DNA from: Felis catus
Taxonomy: Eukaryota
DNA: 64,000 nucleotides
Direction: 5' to 3'
Assembly (NCBI RefSeq): GCF_018350175.1
Contig: NC_058368.1
Location: 65,598,001 to 65,662,000, forward strand
Positions 12,153 through 25,794 of the stretch are shown here, in pieces (the first letter of the stretch is position 1; every line of letters starts with the position of its first letter). Below the pieces are notes generated by a model. It was not told the origin of the DNA and did not search any database. It worked only from the letters and a program-made list of their open reading frames with translations. The translations under genes were made by a program, and so were the position numbers.

Positions 12153-12380
12153 GGGGTGCCTGGGTGGCTCAGTCAGTTAGGCTTCTCCTTCAGCTCAGGT
12201 CATGATCTTGCAGTTTGTGAGTCCGAGCCCCGCATCGAGCTCTGTGCTGACAGCTCAGAGCCCGGAGCCTGCTTCAGATTATATGTCTCCCTCTCTCTCT
12301 GCCCTGCCCAGCTTGTTCTCTGTCACTGTCTCTGTCTCTCTCTCTGTCAAAAATAAACATTAAAACAAACAAACAAAAAA
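12153..12380 (+). mobile_element. SINEC_Fc
   Basis: Head, body and tail recognisable; TSD AAAACAAACAAACA. Confidence 0.94.
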
Positions 12381-15162
12381 TAGCCAGGTAAATATCTCAG
12401 GTCTTGGAGTCAGCAGATTGTTTTCAAATATGGGATTTTCAGTTTATTGATAAAGTGACCCAGGAGGCTTCTTGAACTCTTTGGCTTTCATGTTTTCTCT
12501 TTTCAGAATGAGTGTAATAATTGTAGTTTTGAAAATGTGCATCAGGAACCCAACAGGTGTCCAGCAAAAAGTGAGTACTGACGAGTGAGTGTGTGATGCC
12601 TCCCTCTTACTTTTCATCCTCATCATCGTGCTTGTGTTCTTGTCCCTAAGGAGCTGACAGTCCTACCAAGTCACTTAGACAGGAGCGTAAATAACTGTGC
12701 CATGAGCGAAAATACAGATAAGATATTAGAAGGGAATGAAATTATTTCATGATGAGAGGACCATAAATGACTTTGTGAAAATACAGAATGGGAACTGTCT
12801 TCAAAGCTGGGAAAGATTTGGACATTAATCCAGAAGGATATAGAAATGTGGCTGAGAGGCATGGAGGTGGGAAATCAAGAGGGATGTGGGGATAATTCCT
12901 TTTGTGAAACAAAGGGTGTCTGAATAAAAGAGGAGTAGAACCAATATTGAGGTCCTTGAGTATGTTAACAAAGTGGAAAACTAGTCTATTCTCTGAAAAT
13001 CGATGGGTGGTCTTATGTATTTTCATTTGAATAATTGAATTGTCTGTTGATTTTGAAGTTATATGGGCAAAAGTTAAAATCCCTGTTGAAAACAACCAAG
13101 ATTACTCTGTGGGATTGGTTCTGTTTAATTGATGACTGACAACGGGCTTGTGGATGAGAGAACAAAATGCATTCAGTTGATTCCTTACTTCCTTTAGTGT
13201 ATGTGTCTGGGTAATACTATTTTTAAATAGTAAACTTCCAGGCATCTTATGACTGAGTGTGGTTCACGTATGGTAGCAGCCTAGAAGGCTGCTAAATGTT
13301 ATTTCCATGGCGATTTGTGAGGAATAGTGTGTTTAGGCATAGACTTTTCTTATATTATTCTACTTGTCATGTTCCTCACTACAGTGAATGTGTGTTATTT
13401 TTATAACCACACCAATTGTTAGCTGGTTCATCTGACTATGCAAATGAATGTTAATTTGATACCTCTCATGAAGACTTGCCATGTACCCATTCCTCCACTT
13501 AAGAAGTTAGTCATCTTGCTGAAATTTTCTCATGATAACGTCTGGTCCCAATTTCAAAATCAAATTTGTTTTTGGAATTTCTAAATTTCACATTATGTTC
13601 TATTTCATAGAGTGTTCAATTTCTCTGTCAAATATCTTGCATATAGATTCTCCCAGCAAAATCACGTGCAAATCTATGGACCAAGGACCCTTCTGTAAAC
13701 ATTTCAGTCAACAACAGTGGTGCATGCATAACGGATGATAACTGCCCTCTTGTAACGAATTGAATTTTCTCAGTAACAATTTAGTACACAACTGACTTAG
13801 TATATAGATCATTGGGGATGGGTGAATACAAACATTTTCATGCACTCCAAGTCTTTGTGTCATTGAAAATCCCAGTCTCTAGAGCTCTGTTAAGAAGCCT
13901 GCATTATGTAAAGATATCCATATTTACTTATTGTACGCTTACACAGTGTTTATTAAGGTCGGTATTGATTTTTCATAGTTGCTTCTTAGTAGTCTTAAAC
14001 TCCCGTTTAAAAATGTGTGTAACTTAAAGGCAGCTAACACCTCCAGTGTTCAAGTTCTTGGACATGGAGTCACTGATACACAGTAGCATGGTGTACTCTT
14101 AGCTCCTTGCCAGCGGCGAATGAAAGATGCATCCCTGGATGACGAATGGTGTGTCTTTATCCTCAGGTTCGCTAACTGTGGTTAATATGAACCAAGTTCA
14201 TTTGTGCGGAGCCCTTAAAGAGGCCCAGACATTAAGATTCCTTAGAATAAACTTCATTCGGGCATCACCTGCACACCTGAATGGATGACTTTCTAATGAA
14301 TAATGTTCCTTGACTATACTCTACACAGACGATGCCAGGGAGTACAGCAGTCTTCTGACCAAAGTTCTTCGGAAAGGGGCCTTTGTTGCATGAATCCAGG
14401 TCTGCTCTGTTCCATTCCTCATCTGAAAAAGAAACATCTTTTGAGATCCATCCGATTTAGGCAGAGTTGAGGAATACATTAAAAACAAACAATCAACAAT
14501 ATATTTTCCTTCCTTGTGAAAATTTTGCTCTCTACCCAGCAGAGCAAGGTGGTTTTGTGGTAGATTAATAAAAGCTACCTTGATAACAAAGCAGAAAGGT
14601 CAGCTGTTTATCTTCTTGCTAATGTAAAACCATAAATGTGGCTTTGTTCTCTGCTCTTTTGTCCATTAGCTTCATTTTAAAACCTCTTTCTTGTGTATTT
14701 GAACAGCAATCAAGAAATATATAGTTGTTGTCAAGTATCTTAACCTTACATACAGCGCCTCTTTAAAATAAGTAATATAATGGAAGAAAAAAAGCATTGG
14801 TAACCTTTCGAAAGGCTAATTAACTGGAGGAGTGATGACTAATGACATTTTTTTTTCCACACAAAAATCACTTGCCTTCTAAACAGACATCAGTGCATGG
14901 AATAAACCATATTGCCAGATAGCCAGCATTTCAAGTTAAATGAAAAAGACCTTTTTTGTCTTTTAATGAGGTGATACCAACTGAAAGACTATGATTCATT
15001 TCTTCCACTGGAATAAGAGGATCTGAGGAAATAAAGCACATTTTTAAAAAAAGTATTACGAAAAGGGAAAGGTATGTCTTTGAGAAATATCTTTCAATGA
15101 GACCAGTCCACAGTTCTATCAATAATGGCACATTAGGTCGCATCAACTAACTCTTCGTTACA

Positions 15163-15210
15163 TGTTTTGTTTTGTTTTGTTTTGTTTTGTTTTGTTTTGT
15201 TTTGTTTTGT
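15163..15210. repeat. (GTTTT)n
   Basis: About 9 units. Confidence 0.95.
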
Positions 15211-16424
15211 CTCGTAACTGCCATTCTTCTGTTCCAATGTTGCTTTCTTGTCCATTTCCCCCCCCCCGGGAATCAAACAATAAACAGGTTCGTGTGAATT
15301 ACACTGTATATTTCACATTAGCTAATAGAGCTGGTACTGGGAGGCAGTGACAAATGTACAAAGAGCTGAAAGAGTTTCATTTTGAGTATTTGCAAAACAA
15401 GCGCAAGCTAACGGAGGATCATTTGTAGAAAGCTGAGCCATGCTGGGTGCTCATTAGGTAACTTAGAAAGACTCTCTGGTTTGCTCTCTCTTTCCCCCCA
15501 GTTGTAGATATTTGTATGTGTTTCAATTAAAATCTCCATTTGCTTCCAGCTGGCAGTGTTAGCATCCATTCCGCCAACAGAGAGCAAAGGGTCACATCCT
15601 CCTGAATGAGCCGACATTAAATTTTTTTTTTTTTTTTGCCTTCCCTGTGGAGGTACCTTGGAGCCACCCATCGCGGGCTTGGGGAGAAGCTTCCAAAGGG
15701 TCAGATTGCATGGGGACTTGTGCCTTATTTACTGATGGAGCTTCGGTAGCTGCTGGCCCAGATGCTGCAGCTGCTGTCGCTTTGTGGATTGGGGTCCAAC
15801 AGCAGCTGTTGTTCTTTGCTAGAGCGTGTTTCTGAAATTCCAAATTTAATAGTCTGAGACCCCAGTCATTGAAAGCTACGCTGAAAGTTAATTTGCTGAA
15901 TCCAAGTTTATTTTCCTACCTAAACCACGGTTAGTGACAGAGCCTTTCCCCTGCGATGCACAATAAAACGAGGAGAGGACTCATTTATTGCCCTTACCAG
16001 GCTGGTGAGGGAGAGGATGTGTTGGTTACAGAGCAGGGCACAGGCTTCGCAGCCTCGTGATTCGGCTGCACACGGACTGTCGGACAGTCAAACCTAGGAT
16101 CTGCTTGCTTTTGACCTCCAGAGCCTTTGGCAACTCGACAGACTAGAGTTTCTCCATGCCAGATGCTCAGAATTCTACGTGCTACCTTATAGAGTGTAGA
16201 GGTGAGATAATGTGCATAAAGCACCTACTATCATGCTAGCCTGGCACATAGTTCGCTTTTCCCATTTTTACCACACCGGCCCTGTCACTTCTGTGAGGTG
16301 TTCCTGAGAAACGAAAAGGCTCTTTGTTTCCTTGCTTCACTTCTGAGCACGGACTTAATTTCCTCCCTCAGAAATTCCTACATATTCAGAGAATTATGCC
16401 TACTGGTTACTAGGTAGAATTTGG

Positions 16425-16615
16425 GACTATGGTAAGCACTTTTGTAAGCACTTTGTATGCGTTCTCTCATTTAGCTTTGACAGTGATCCTATGAAGTTGG
16501 CATTATTATTATTATCCTTGCTGTTTTATAGTTGAGGAAGCTCTTGCTTGGAGACATGAGTAATTTGCTGAGTTCACATAGCTAGTAAAAGAAAGAGCTA
16601 GGATTTAAACCAACC
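16425..16615 (-). mobile_element. MIR
   Basis: ATCCTATGAAGTTGGCATTATT...TTTTATAGTTGAGGAAGCT...GAGCTAGGATTTAAACC. Confidence 0.75.
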
Positions 16616-17591
16616 TACACCCTGTACCAAGCTCTCCTTTCTCCCACATGGAAAGCAAATCCAATTACCTTGAAATGAAGTCTTTGAGCTCTGCTTCTGA
16701 ACTGAAATCTTCTGTGTTAAAAATGGAAAGCTCTGGTGACTCTACTGTCACTCTGTGGCTTTTGCCATTCCTTGGATTCTAATTGGTAGATGGATTCGTA
16801 CTTTCGGTGATAAAGATTATTTTGTGAATAAGCCTACCCTTTGGCTTTCTCACTTGGACAAGGTTGGGTATGGTCTAATCAATGATAAGCTTGACCCACT
16901 CACACCTAGATAGATCGAGTTATAGGTGCTATAAACAGAACAACTGATCCCGGAGAAAAGCCTGACCTGGGTGCAGAGGTAGGATCCCAGTTGAAGAGTG
17001 AGTCAGAGCTCACATGGGAAGCTTGGCATATGACAAGCATTACGGTGACAGGATCTCAGACACAAGAAACAAGAAAGGGAGCCACTTGCCAACCAGAAGT
17101 GATACCCAAGATTCCAACCCAAATAGTAGCAAGTCTGGTAATACAGTCTGGAAAGTCGGAGTCCTTCATTGCTAATGTCAAAAAGGACTCCTGTACCTAC
17201 ACATGGAAGATGGGGAACCAAAAATAAACAGATTCTGCCAGCAGAAAAGGTGTGCTTTGTCTATTCTTAGGAAAGCATTCAACCTCCAGTAGCATGGAGA
17301 GAGTTGCCAAGTTATCAGAGTTATATTCAACTGTGTAACATGTTCCATGTTTTAACGTGAAATTGTGTTATATATTTTATACTTTATCTCATGAAGAAAA
17401 TGGTACAGTTCATGATGTCACTACTGCAATAAAGATAAAATAGTTCAAGCTTCTGAAGATTCTATAAAACATAAAGTAGCTTTGATTTCACTGATAGTTC
17501 TTTTTCTTCCTTATTCCTAGTAAACAGTCCTGTAAACTTTCTATGAACTCTGATGTTGCTTTAAATGCAAATATACTGTAACATAGACGAA

Positions 17592-17670
17592 TAGATAGAG
17601 ACAGAGAGACAGAGACAGAAAGACAGAGACAGAGAGACAGACACACACACCACCCAGAGACAGAGAGAGA
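17592..17670. repeat. (GAGACA)n-type compound repeat
   Basis: Directly visible. Confidence 0.85.
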
Positions 17671-17761
17671 ATGATTTGGTCATATGTGATGGTAACTGTA
17701 GTAGTGTTTTATTTGGGGAATGAAACTAGCCTCTGGAATCAGGGATCAGAGGAAGACTTTA

Positions 17762-18000
17762 AAAAAATTTTTTTTAATGTTGATTTATTTTTGAAGGAGA
17801 GAGAGACAGAACTTGAAGGAGAGAGAGACAGAGCTTGAGCAGGGGAGGGGCAGAGAGAGAGGGAGACACAGAATCCAAAGCAGGCTCCATGCTCTGAGCT
17901 GTCAGCACAGAGGCCGACACGGGGCTCAAACTCACGAACCATGAGATCATGACGTGAGCTGAAGTTGGATGCCTAACCAACTGAGCCATTCAGGTGCCCT
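17762..18000 (-). mobile_element. SINEC_Fc with a short internal duplication (TTGAAGGAGAGAGAGACAGA twice)
   Basis: TSD AGAGGAAGACTTT. Confidence 0.94.
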
Positions 18001-20494
18001 GAGGAAGAGGAAGACTTTTTAATGTATATCCTTTAGTACCTTTTTGATGTTTGATTATATAGATGGATTACCCATTCAAAATTATTTTCTTAAGAGCAAG
18101 CAAATGGAGCTGTGCTGAAGAAAAACATTAATATTCTAATTTAGTTCCTAACAAGATGTTAGAGGCAGCTTGTGAATCTTTTGTTTTCCTACATCTTACT
18201 CTCAATTTAAAAGTAACCATGTTCATGTCAAAGTCAATGATAAAACACTTCTAAGTTCAATGAAACGTGGTTTTTTTCTCTTCTGAAGAACACTTTTTAC
18301 CTTCCTAGAAGTGAATGACTTTGACATTTAGATGTTGTACTGTTTCTTTTTTAAGTATGTTTTGTCATATGAATTAATTCCAGGAAAAGGCCAATTCAAT
18401 GTTTAAAGATTTTGCATAACCAAGTAAGGTGTTAACCAGGAGCTTTGTCTTGGGAATTGCTCACTTCCCGCGTCCCTTATTAATATCCTAAGTCTATTTC
18501 TTAACTCTGTGCTGTTGTTTTGAATATTTTAAATTGCCCTACTTTTCCTGTGCTGTTTCAAATGTAAACTTAAAGGCTTTCTTGATTTGAGACCAAGAAA
18601 GGCACAGAAGACCAACTTTGCATCAGAATGTAGCATTTTAGTCAGATGATTTTCCTGTTTCAACTTTGTCAAAATGTTTAATTATTGTCATTCTCTTGCA
18701 TGTCTCTTTCCTTATATTCATTTTTTTTTCTTTTTCTCCCAAATGCTCCCAATCTCATAGACCATGTGCAGGACTTCAATACCATCATCTCCCCTTGATC
18801 TGTGTCTCCATTTCTATTATCCTCCCTCCTTCTTTCTGTTGTCAGTGGGAAGGAGTAACACTCAGGGTAACATTCTGCAATTTAAAACTTCAATTATGTA
18901 CCTGCTCCACTCTGGCAGGTGTTGGTCCCTCTGCAATTTTGGAAATGAAAAGCATGGAGGGAAAACCCTGAAAGGAATTATAATGGGTCCTGGTTCATTG
19001 CTTCTGTGGTAGCATTTTAACAAGAAGCTTCCTCAGGGATCAAGGAATGTATATCCTTTGAATTAACAAATTTAAACTTCTCATTCAAACTTCTCACCTT
19101 TTTCCCATAATGGTGCATATTTTGATCTTGTCTTCATTAGGAGGTGTCTGTTTTGTTGATTTTTAAGGACATCGCTACTCGAATGGGCTTTGAAAATTAT
19201 ATTGATATTTCTTTTGATCTGGGGACCCTGAGAATATTTAAAAGTATAGACTCATTCAAAACACATCTGCTCAGTGAGGTTACTTCAGTGACTGAAGAGA
19301 GAGGAGAAAAACAAAACTATGAGGGTGAATTACCTTCTGAAGATGGCCTTGTGACTGACCAAGGACTGAAGCTGACAGAAGCAGACCTTCCACCAGGCAT
19401 ACATTAGTGCCATCTGCATTTGGGAGATGGAGAGGCAGAGATGAGTTGTGAAGTTTTACCTCTGCACCTACTAATGGAATCATGTTTTAGGCCAGTGATA
19501 GCTACAAAAGCAGTTACTGCCTGAATATTATTCAGTAGCTTATGTGAGATACGTTGCTACATCTTATGCTTTCAAAGTTAAGTCCTCAATCTCTGTATTA
19601 ATTAAACATGTTGTAAGTTGTGAACATTTCTTACAGAAACTCAGCATTTTTGAGGATACAGACAGATGAGTTTTGTCTCTATTAAAAGTGGTAATGCTCA
19701 ACTCGTGCATTTCTAGAAAGCATTTATTAATTCATCACATTTATGGACCCCCTCCTACTTACCAGAGAGGCACATTAAGATGAGTCTCCCAAAATAAATA
19801 AGCTACTTGTCACATTGAAGGTAGTTTTGTTAACAGATATCTACAATAACAACACCATACATGCTATAATAGATGTGTAAGCAATGTTCGGGAACGAAGG
19901 GAGACGGGGAGACTGCTTTCATTGGTTAAATCAGGGGAGTTGTTAGAAGAGCTGATGGAGTATTGAATTTTAGCATAGGGATAAGAATTTACTAGATGAG
20001 GAAGGAGTTAACTATTCGAAGTAGAGAAAGATGAGAGAAAATATGCAATATTTCAAAATGTATTTGACCTCCTTGTCTTTTTGTGAGACATAAAATAATT
20101 AGATTGTTGTTGAACTGAAGATGAAAGTGTACAATATTGGACTATATAAGCCCTGAGATTTCCTCCCAATCTAAAAATCTAATGATTCCACATGATTCCA
20201 TTGTTTCAGAAACAATGGACTTGTGTTTTCACCTGAAAATGCCGATCTGATTCATTTTCACCAGAAACATATACAGAGGACACTTAAGCCTCCATCACTT
20301 TTCTGACTATAGGGTCTGATGATTGCAATTATATCTTTCCTTAATATTATTTTCATGTATATACCCTGACTAGGAAATTCTTGAGGAAATGCTATATACA
20401 AAGGTATGATTTTCCTGCACTTCTTCACTTCTTTTATACTATTTATATTCCAGCAAATTTCTCCTCCTCCTTCAGCTCCTCCTCCTCCTTGTTC

Positions 20495-20501
20495 TTTTTT
20501 G

Positions 20502-20545
<44 letters not shown>

Positions 20546-20665
20546 TTAAGTAGGCTCCACACCCAGCGTGGAGCCAAACATGGGGCTCGATCTCACAACC
20601 ATGGATCATGACTGGAGCCAAAATCAAATTTCAGACGCTTAACCCACTGAGTCACCCAGGCATCC
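20495..20665 (-). mobile_element. Older CanSINE
   Basis: (GA)n followed by the reverse SINE head ...CACCCAGGCATCC. Confidence 0.88.
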
Positions 20666-22229
20666 TCCGCCCCACCAAATTTCTTCTGAGATGAACTTCA
20701 AGTACTGGTTAAATTTTACCCTATTTATTGTCCAAAGAAACCTGTAACCTTAAGTTGGTCTACAGGTATTTTATTTTGGAAGCACAAGAATCAGACTATT
20801 TAGACATAATTAAAGTCATTCTATAAAAATTGCTGGTTCAGCTTGCTTAGAGACTCACCATGGTCAGATATTCTAAGCAAGACTCACTGTTCCTTTAGCA
20901 TCCAGAAACAAAAGACCAGTAAACAATAAGCAGAGCTCATAGGGTTACCCCACAAGAAGCTAAGAATAGGCAGTTGATGAAGAAACCAGTAAACAGTACA
21001 AATGCCTTGATAATGCTATTTAAATCTAATATGGTTTAATTCGTCAATATCAGAGCAGACTTTGGAAACTTCCTGCAAGTGAATGGGACATAAATGAGAA
21101 GACAGGGCCATCTGAAGGCATCTGTAGGGACACAGTTTTATACTCTGAAGGAATTTAGAAGCTCCCTCCTCCAAAAATATACCAGTTACCTCTACTTACC
21201 ATCTAGTAGGCTGCCTACATATTTCATTCCACTTTTAGAAGTACTCATTATGCCTTTTTCTAACCATTTGATTAATATGAATTGTGAGTTAGGGAGAAAT
21301 AATATCTTTCTTTGGAAGTACTGAGTTTGGGCATGAGCTTGACCCATTAAAAACTTTTGTGCTTGATAGTGAACTTGTGAGTACCTCTCTTCCTTGGAGA
21401 TGTTGAATTCAAGGGCAGTAGATGGTAGAGTGGAAGGGAAGGGCAGAATTCAGAGACTCTATGACCCATGACGCCATGAGGTGTAAAGAAAGAAGGTAAT
21501 TAGTATGGGCAGGAACCATAGAAGGCAAAGCAGTGAGTAAAATACAAGATCTCAAGAGTTGAGAGAGAAGCTGTTCCAGAGATGAAAATCTAGCTGTGTG
21601 TGAGACCATGGGTATCCCAAAGACAGATCTCTACAACTTAATATAACCTGAGGGTGTCTCTGTCCTGCATTCTGGAGAGGCTCACCTGTTCGTGTTTAAT
21701 GCTATACTTTTCTTAAAAACATCTATTTCATTGGTGTTTCTAGAAATTAACGTTTCTGTCCTTCATTAATTGATTACTTTCAACTTTGGACTGAAATTCA
21801 CTTGCTGCCTTTTCTTTTTTTCATTCCAGTTTCAGAGATTTTTGAGTAAGAACAATTAAGTTACTGTCTGTTTATCCTAGACTAGTTTGTGGAGGTACGT
21901 GCAGGATTTGAGACTTGGCAGGATAAGGAAAGGTTCTCATGCCAGGCCTAGACATATTCTTCCCTACTGCTAATCCTGATGTGTGCTTACAAAGGACACT
22001 TTAGAATCTGGGGAGGGCCTCAAGCAAGACTCTCCTAACATCCCAAAGTTAGTTTTATTTTAAATATTTTTGATACTTTCATTTACACAGATAGATTAGG
22101 AAGTTACCATAATTATAGAGGTGAACATTATAGAAGGCACCTGTAATGCTAAAGGTGAACATGATTGTAATTCAGTACAGGGTCATTAATGAAATAGAAC
22201 ACTAGCAAACTGTAGAAAGGAGAGTTAGT

Positions 22230-22400
22230 GCAATATAGTAGAATGAGCATCAATTTTGACTTGCAAATAATTTAGCTCCTAAACATACTTGTCAAATGAC
22301 TGTCAGAAGTCATTTAACTTCTCTGAGCCTCAACTTCCACATTTGTCTCATTGGGATCATGATAACACAGATAAATTAATGAATGTATATAACATTAAAT
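22230..22400 (+). mobile_element. MIR
   Basis: AAGTCATTTAACTTCTCTGAGCCTCAACTTCCACATTTGT core. Confidence 0.7.
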
Positions 22401-23547
22401 AGAGATTCATTTAATAATGAGTTCTTCATTTAATAATGAGTACTTCAACTGAGTATTGAAAGTCATGAGATTAAATTTAAATGGAAAGGACACAAACCCT
22501 CATTCTCTGATCTCTGCTACTCAAAGCATGGAAGGCAAGAGTTGGCAATCACCAAGAGCGATTGAACACCACGTTACCCATGGTTGGAGCTCATTATACT
22601 AGGATTGAGAGGAATGTAATTCTCTGGAATCACTAAGATATTTTCAGAGCTTAGTACAATTATAGATGAAAGGGGAGCATTCGCTGCTTTCCTAACTCTG
22701 GTATAAAATTCGACTCTTAACAAGAGGAAGAAAGGGATAAAAATCTGTTTTCTTAATTATATTTTATAATCATTGCACATTTTTTCAACATGGCAATATG
22801 CCTCATAATTTAAAGAAAACATGGGATGGTGAAGACAAATTAATAATAAGAAAAATCTCTTACTCTGACGTTGTATGAAAATGAGGTAAGGTATCTGGTC
22901 TAAGTTCCAATGTGTGAGTTAGCTTTAAAATCTAAAACATCTGTGTATTCAAATGATATTAATTGAATTAATTATTATATATTAATATCTCGGGTGTCTC
23001 TAGAAGATTTATTTTCTTAAACATACCACATTATTTAATGTCACTGAATATGCTGGTGTTCTGTTCAAATGTCAAATAACTGACAAAGTTCTAGGGAAAC
23101 GCTAGTTTTTCATGCATGTTTAAATTTCTAGTGCACTCCAACTCATCTAAAAGCAAAATCTAGCCACTAAACTACCTTGGACTCTATCTTACATTTGAGG
23201 GAAGGACTGTCCAGTATAATATGAGACATACATATCTATTTTTAAAGTATAATTCTATATTAATTAGAAACCCAAGGTCAGATATATACAAGTGAATGTT
23301 GACATTCTTGGTTATGGAGGATTGAGTTTTAGTTACTCACATTATCATGACATTATTATCAGTAACTACTGGTAAGTTCCTACTTTGCATTAAGTAAATC
23401 TGCTTGTTTTCAGTACATGGAAAGACACCAGTGTTAGAGCAAAGATGTATCTAGATCAGGTGAAATTAATATATAGACTTACACAACACACTTATGTAAT
23501 GGGTGTATCATTTGGTCTCATATAGTCATTTTCGAACTTGAAAATGT

Positions 23548-23775
23548 GGGGCACTTGGGAGGCTCAGTCGGTTGAGTGTCTGGCTCTTGCTTTCAGCTCA
23601 GGTCATGATCTCATGGTTTGTGAGTTCAAGTCCTATGTCAGTCTGCATGCTGGCAGTACAGAGCCTGCTTGGGATTCTCTTTCCGTCTCTTCTCTCTCTG
23701 CCCCTCCCCTGCTCATGCTCGCTATTTTTCTCTCTCTCAAAATAAATAAATAAATTATAACAAAGTAAAAAAAAT
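23548..23775 (+). mobile_element. SINEC_Fc/CanSINE
   Basis: TSD AACTTGAAAATGTG. Confidence 0.95.
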
Positions 23776-24530
23776 AACTTGAAAATGTGAGTATCTAAGA
23801 GAGAGTGAGCGAGACTAAGCACTAGAGAGTATACTGGGTACTAAACACTGCAGTAAGAAAGTAATTTTTCTGTGTTGCTCTGTGAAGTAGGTGAAGTAGA
23901 AACAGAGCCGAATGTGTGGGTAGTACAAAGCGTAAGATTTCCACACGTAACAAAGAACTTTTCCACAGCACTGCCTCCTGAAATGGTGAATTTCCAATGC
24001 TGGACACACAAAGCTCAGTTTTCTTCTTCTTTCTTTAATAATGTAAAATAGTAGTTTTCAAATTATTTAGAATAGGAAATAGTTCTTTCAACTGGAACAT
24101 TTGAACTGGAGCACAAAAGTATGTAAAGCAGAGAAAAACAATAGGGCACACAAATCAATTTATTTTATAATTAACATGAATGATAATTGCTGATTAATTA
24201 GCCAATCCTTGGTTTAACAAGAGCCCTGATGGTGGTCTCCAGTATGTTAAAATCTGGGGTTTAACATTTTTCAGTGTGTATAGCATTTGTTTCATTGCAT
24301 CCTTTTTTTTTTTAATCGTGAAATCTGAATCAAATAGTTGAGCTGCTTGTGTAGGCCTGGAAAATAGTTTTAATATTAACCTTAGTAAAATCCTGCTCTG
24401 TAGTGAGTGGGAGGGTGAACAGAGACACATGTGATTTGCCTCTGGTGTGTGTGAGGAGTGGCTGTTGAGTAAATAGAGGACCTGGAGGTCATTCTGAGGT
24501 GATTAAAAGTTTATATGGGCAAGATACCCC

Positions 24531-24561
24531 TGTCTGTCTGTCTCTCTCTCTCTCTGTCTGC

Positions 24562-24613
<52 letters not shown>
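24531..24613. repeat. Compound (TGTC)n/(TC)n/(TATC)n STR
   Basis: Directly visible. Confidence 0.93.
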
Positions 24614-24657
24614 GGCAATTGTTGTGGATCTGGTTATAGTTATTAGATACTTAAGAC

Positions 24658-24846
24658 TTTTAAAAAATGTCTCTTTATTTTTGAGGGGTGGGGAGGGGCA
24701 GAGAGAGAGGGAGAGAGAATCCCAGGCAGGCTCCGCGCCCTCAGCACAGAGTCCCACACGGGGCTTGAACCCATGAACTGTGAGATAATGACCTGAGCTG
24801 AAGTCAAGAGTCGGATGCTTAACCGACTGAGCCACCCAGGTGCCCC
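24658..24846 (-). mobile_element. CanSINE inserted at the tail of an L1 fragment
   Basis: Reverse head ...CCACCCAGGTGCCCC; short TSD AAG(A/G)CTTTT. Confidence 0.93.
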
Positions 24847-24850
24847 AAGG

Positions 24851-24979
24851 CTTTTCTTTATTGAACCATAGTTGACATACGTTGCATTAGTTTCATGTGT
24901 ACAACATAATGATTGGACAAGTCTGTACATACATTATTCTACGCTAACTACAAGTGTAGCTGCCATCTGTCACCATATG
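24851..24979 (-). mobile_element. Carnivore L1 extreme 3' end, about 130 bp
   Basis: Homologous to 55100-55225; TSD TTAGATACTTAAGA brackets the SINE plus L1. Confidence 0.85.
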
Positions 24980-25156
24980 ATTAGATACTTAAGATTTACA
25001 AATAAACATAGCAAATAAATTTTTCAGACAGTAATTTTGAGAGTGTAATAATATGCTTTTATGATCACTTCCCTACCCAACACTAAAAATAGCTGATCTA
25101 GTTAGCCCATCACTGCCACCTTTCTCCAATTTCCTCCCTAGAAGTTCAGCTCTCTC

Positions 25157-25158
<2 letters not shown>

Positions 25159-25208
<50 letters not shown>
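25159..25208. repeat. (CA)n microsatellite
   Basis: About 25 units. Confidence 0.97.
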
Positions 25209-25209
<1 letters not shown>

Positions 25210-25614
25210 TTCACATACACACTTATTGCTGCCCCAGTTTGAAAGCCCTAATTCTACTGATTAGCTATGCATACATGAGAATTAAATTTAGAATGTTTTG
25301 ATTTCTGGTAAATCTGCATGGAGGGAAATCTTGTTTCCATTATCTGAGTTGAAATTGGTTCACTTAAGATTTTAATATACCAGAAAATCAATATTAAGAA
25401 TTTGTTTTATATAATTTTATGCCTCCTACAAATTTATAACTTCCAGAAATCTATTGGCTTTCCTATGAATGTTTCAAGATGTGATGTCGTTGGTATCGGA
25501 ATCTGCATTGAGGAAGTAAGCCTACAGGGTGGCATTTAACTCTTATGATTCAATGAAATGACTTAAATTTATTTTTTTAAGCTTAAAAAAGTGATGCAAA
25601 GTTTAGCCTATTTA

Positions 25615-25794
25615 TTAATGTTGTTTTTATTTTTATTTGTTTATTTTAGAGAGAAATAGAGAGAAAGAGATATCTCAAGCAGGCTCCACACTCAGCCCAG
25701 AGCCTGACACGGGGCTCTATCCCACGTTCTGGGATCACTACCTTAGCCTAAATCAAGAGTTAGATGCTCAACCGACTAAGCCACCCAGGTCCCC
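25615..25794 (-). mobile_element. Older CanSINE
   Basis: Reverse head ...GCCACCCAGGTCCCC. Confidence 0.88.

Noticed and set aside
16850..17230. Possible ancient LTR (similar impressions at about 21340-21700 and 46760-47120)
   Set aside because: No termini, TSD or family assignment that I can support without a search
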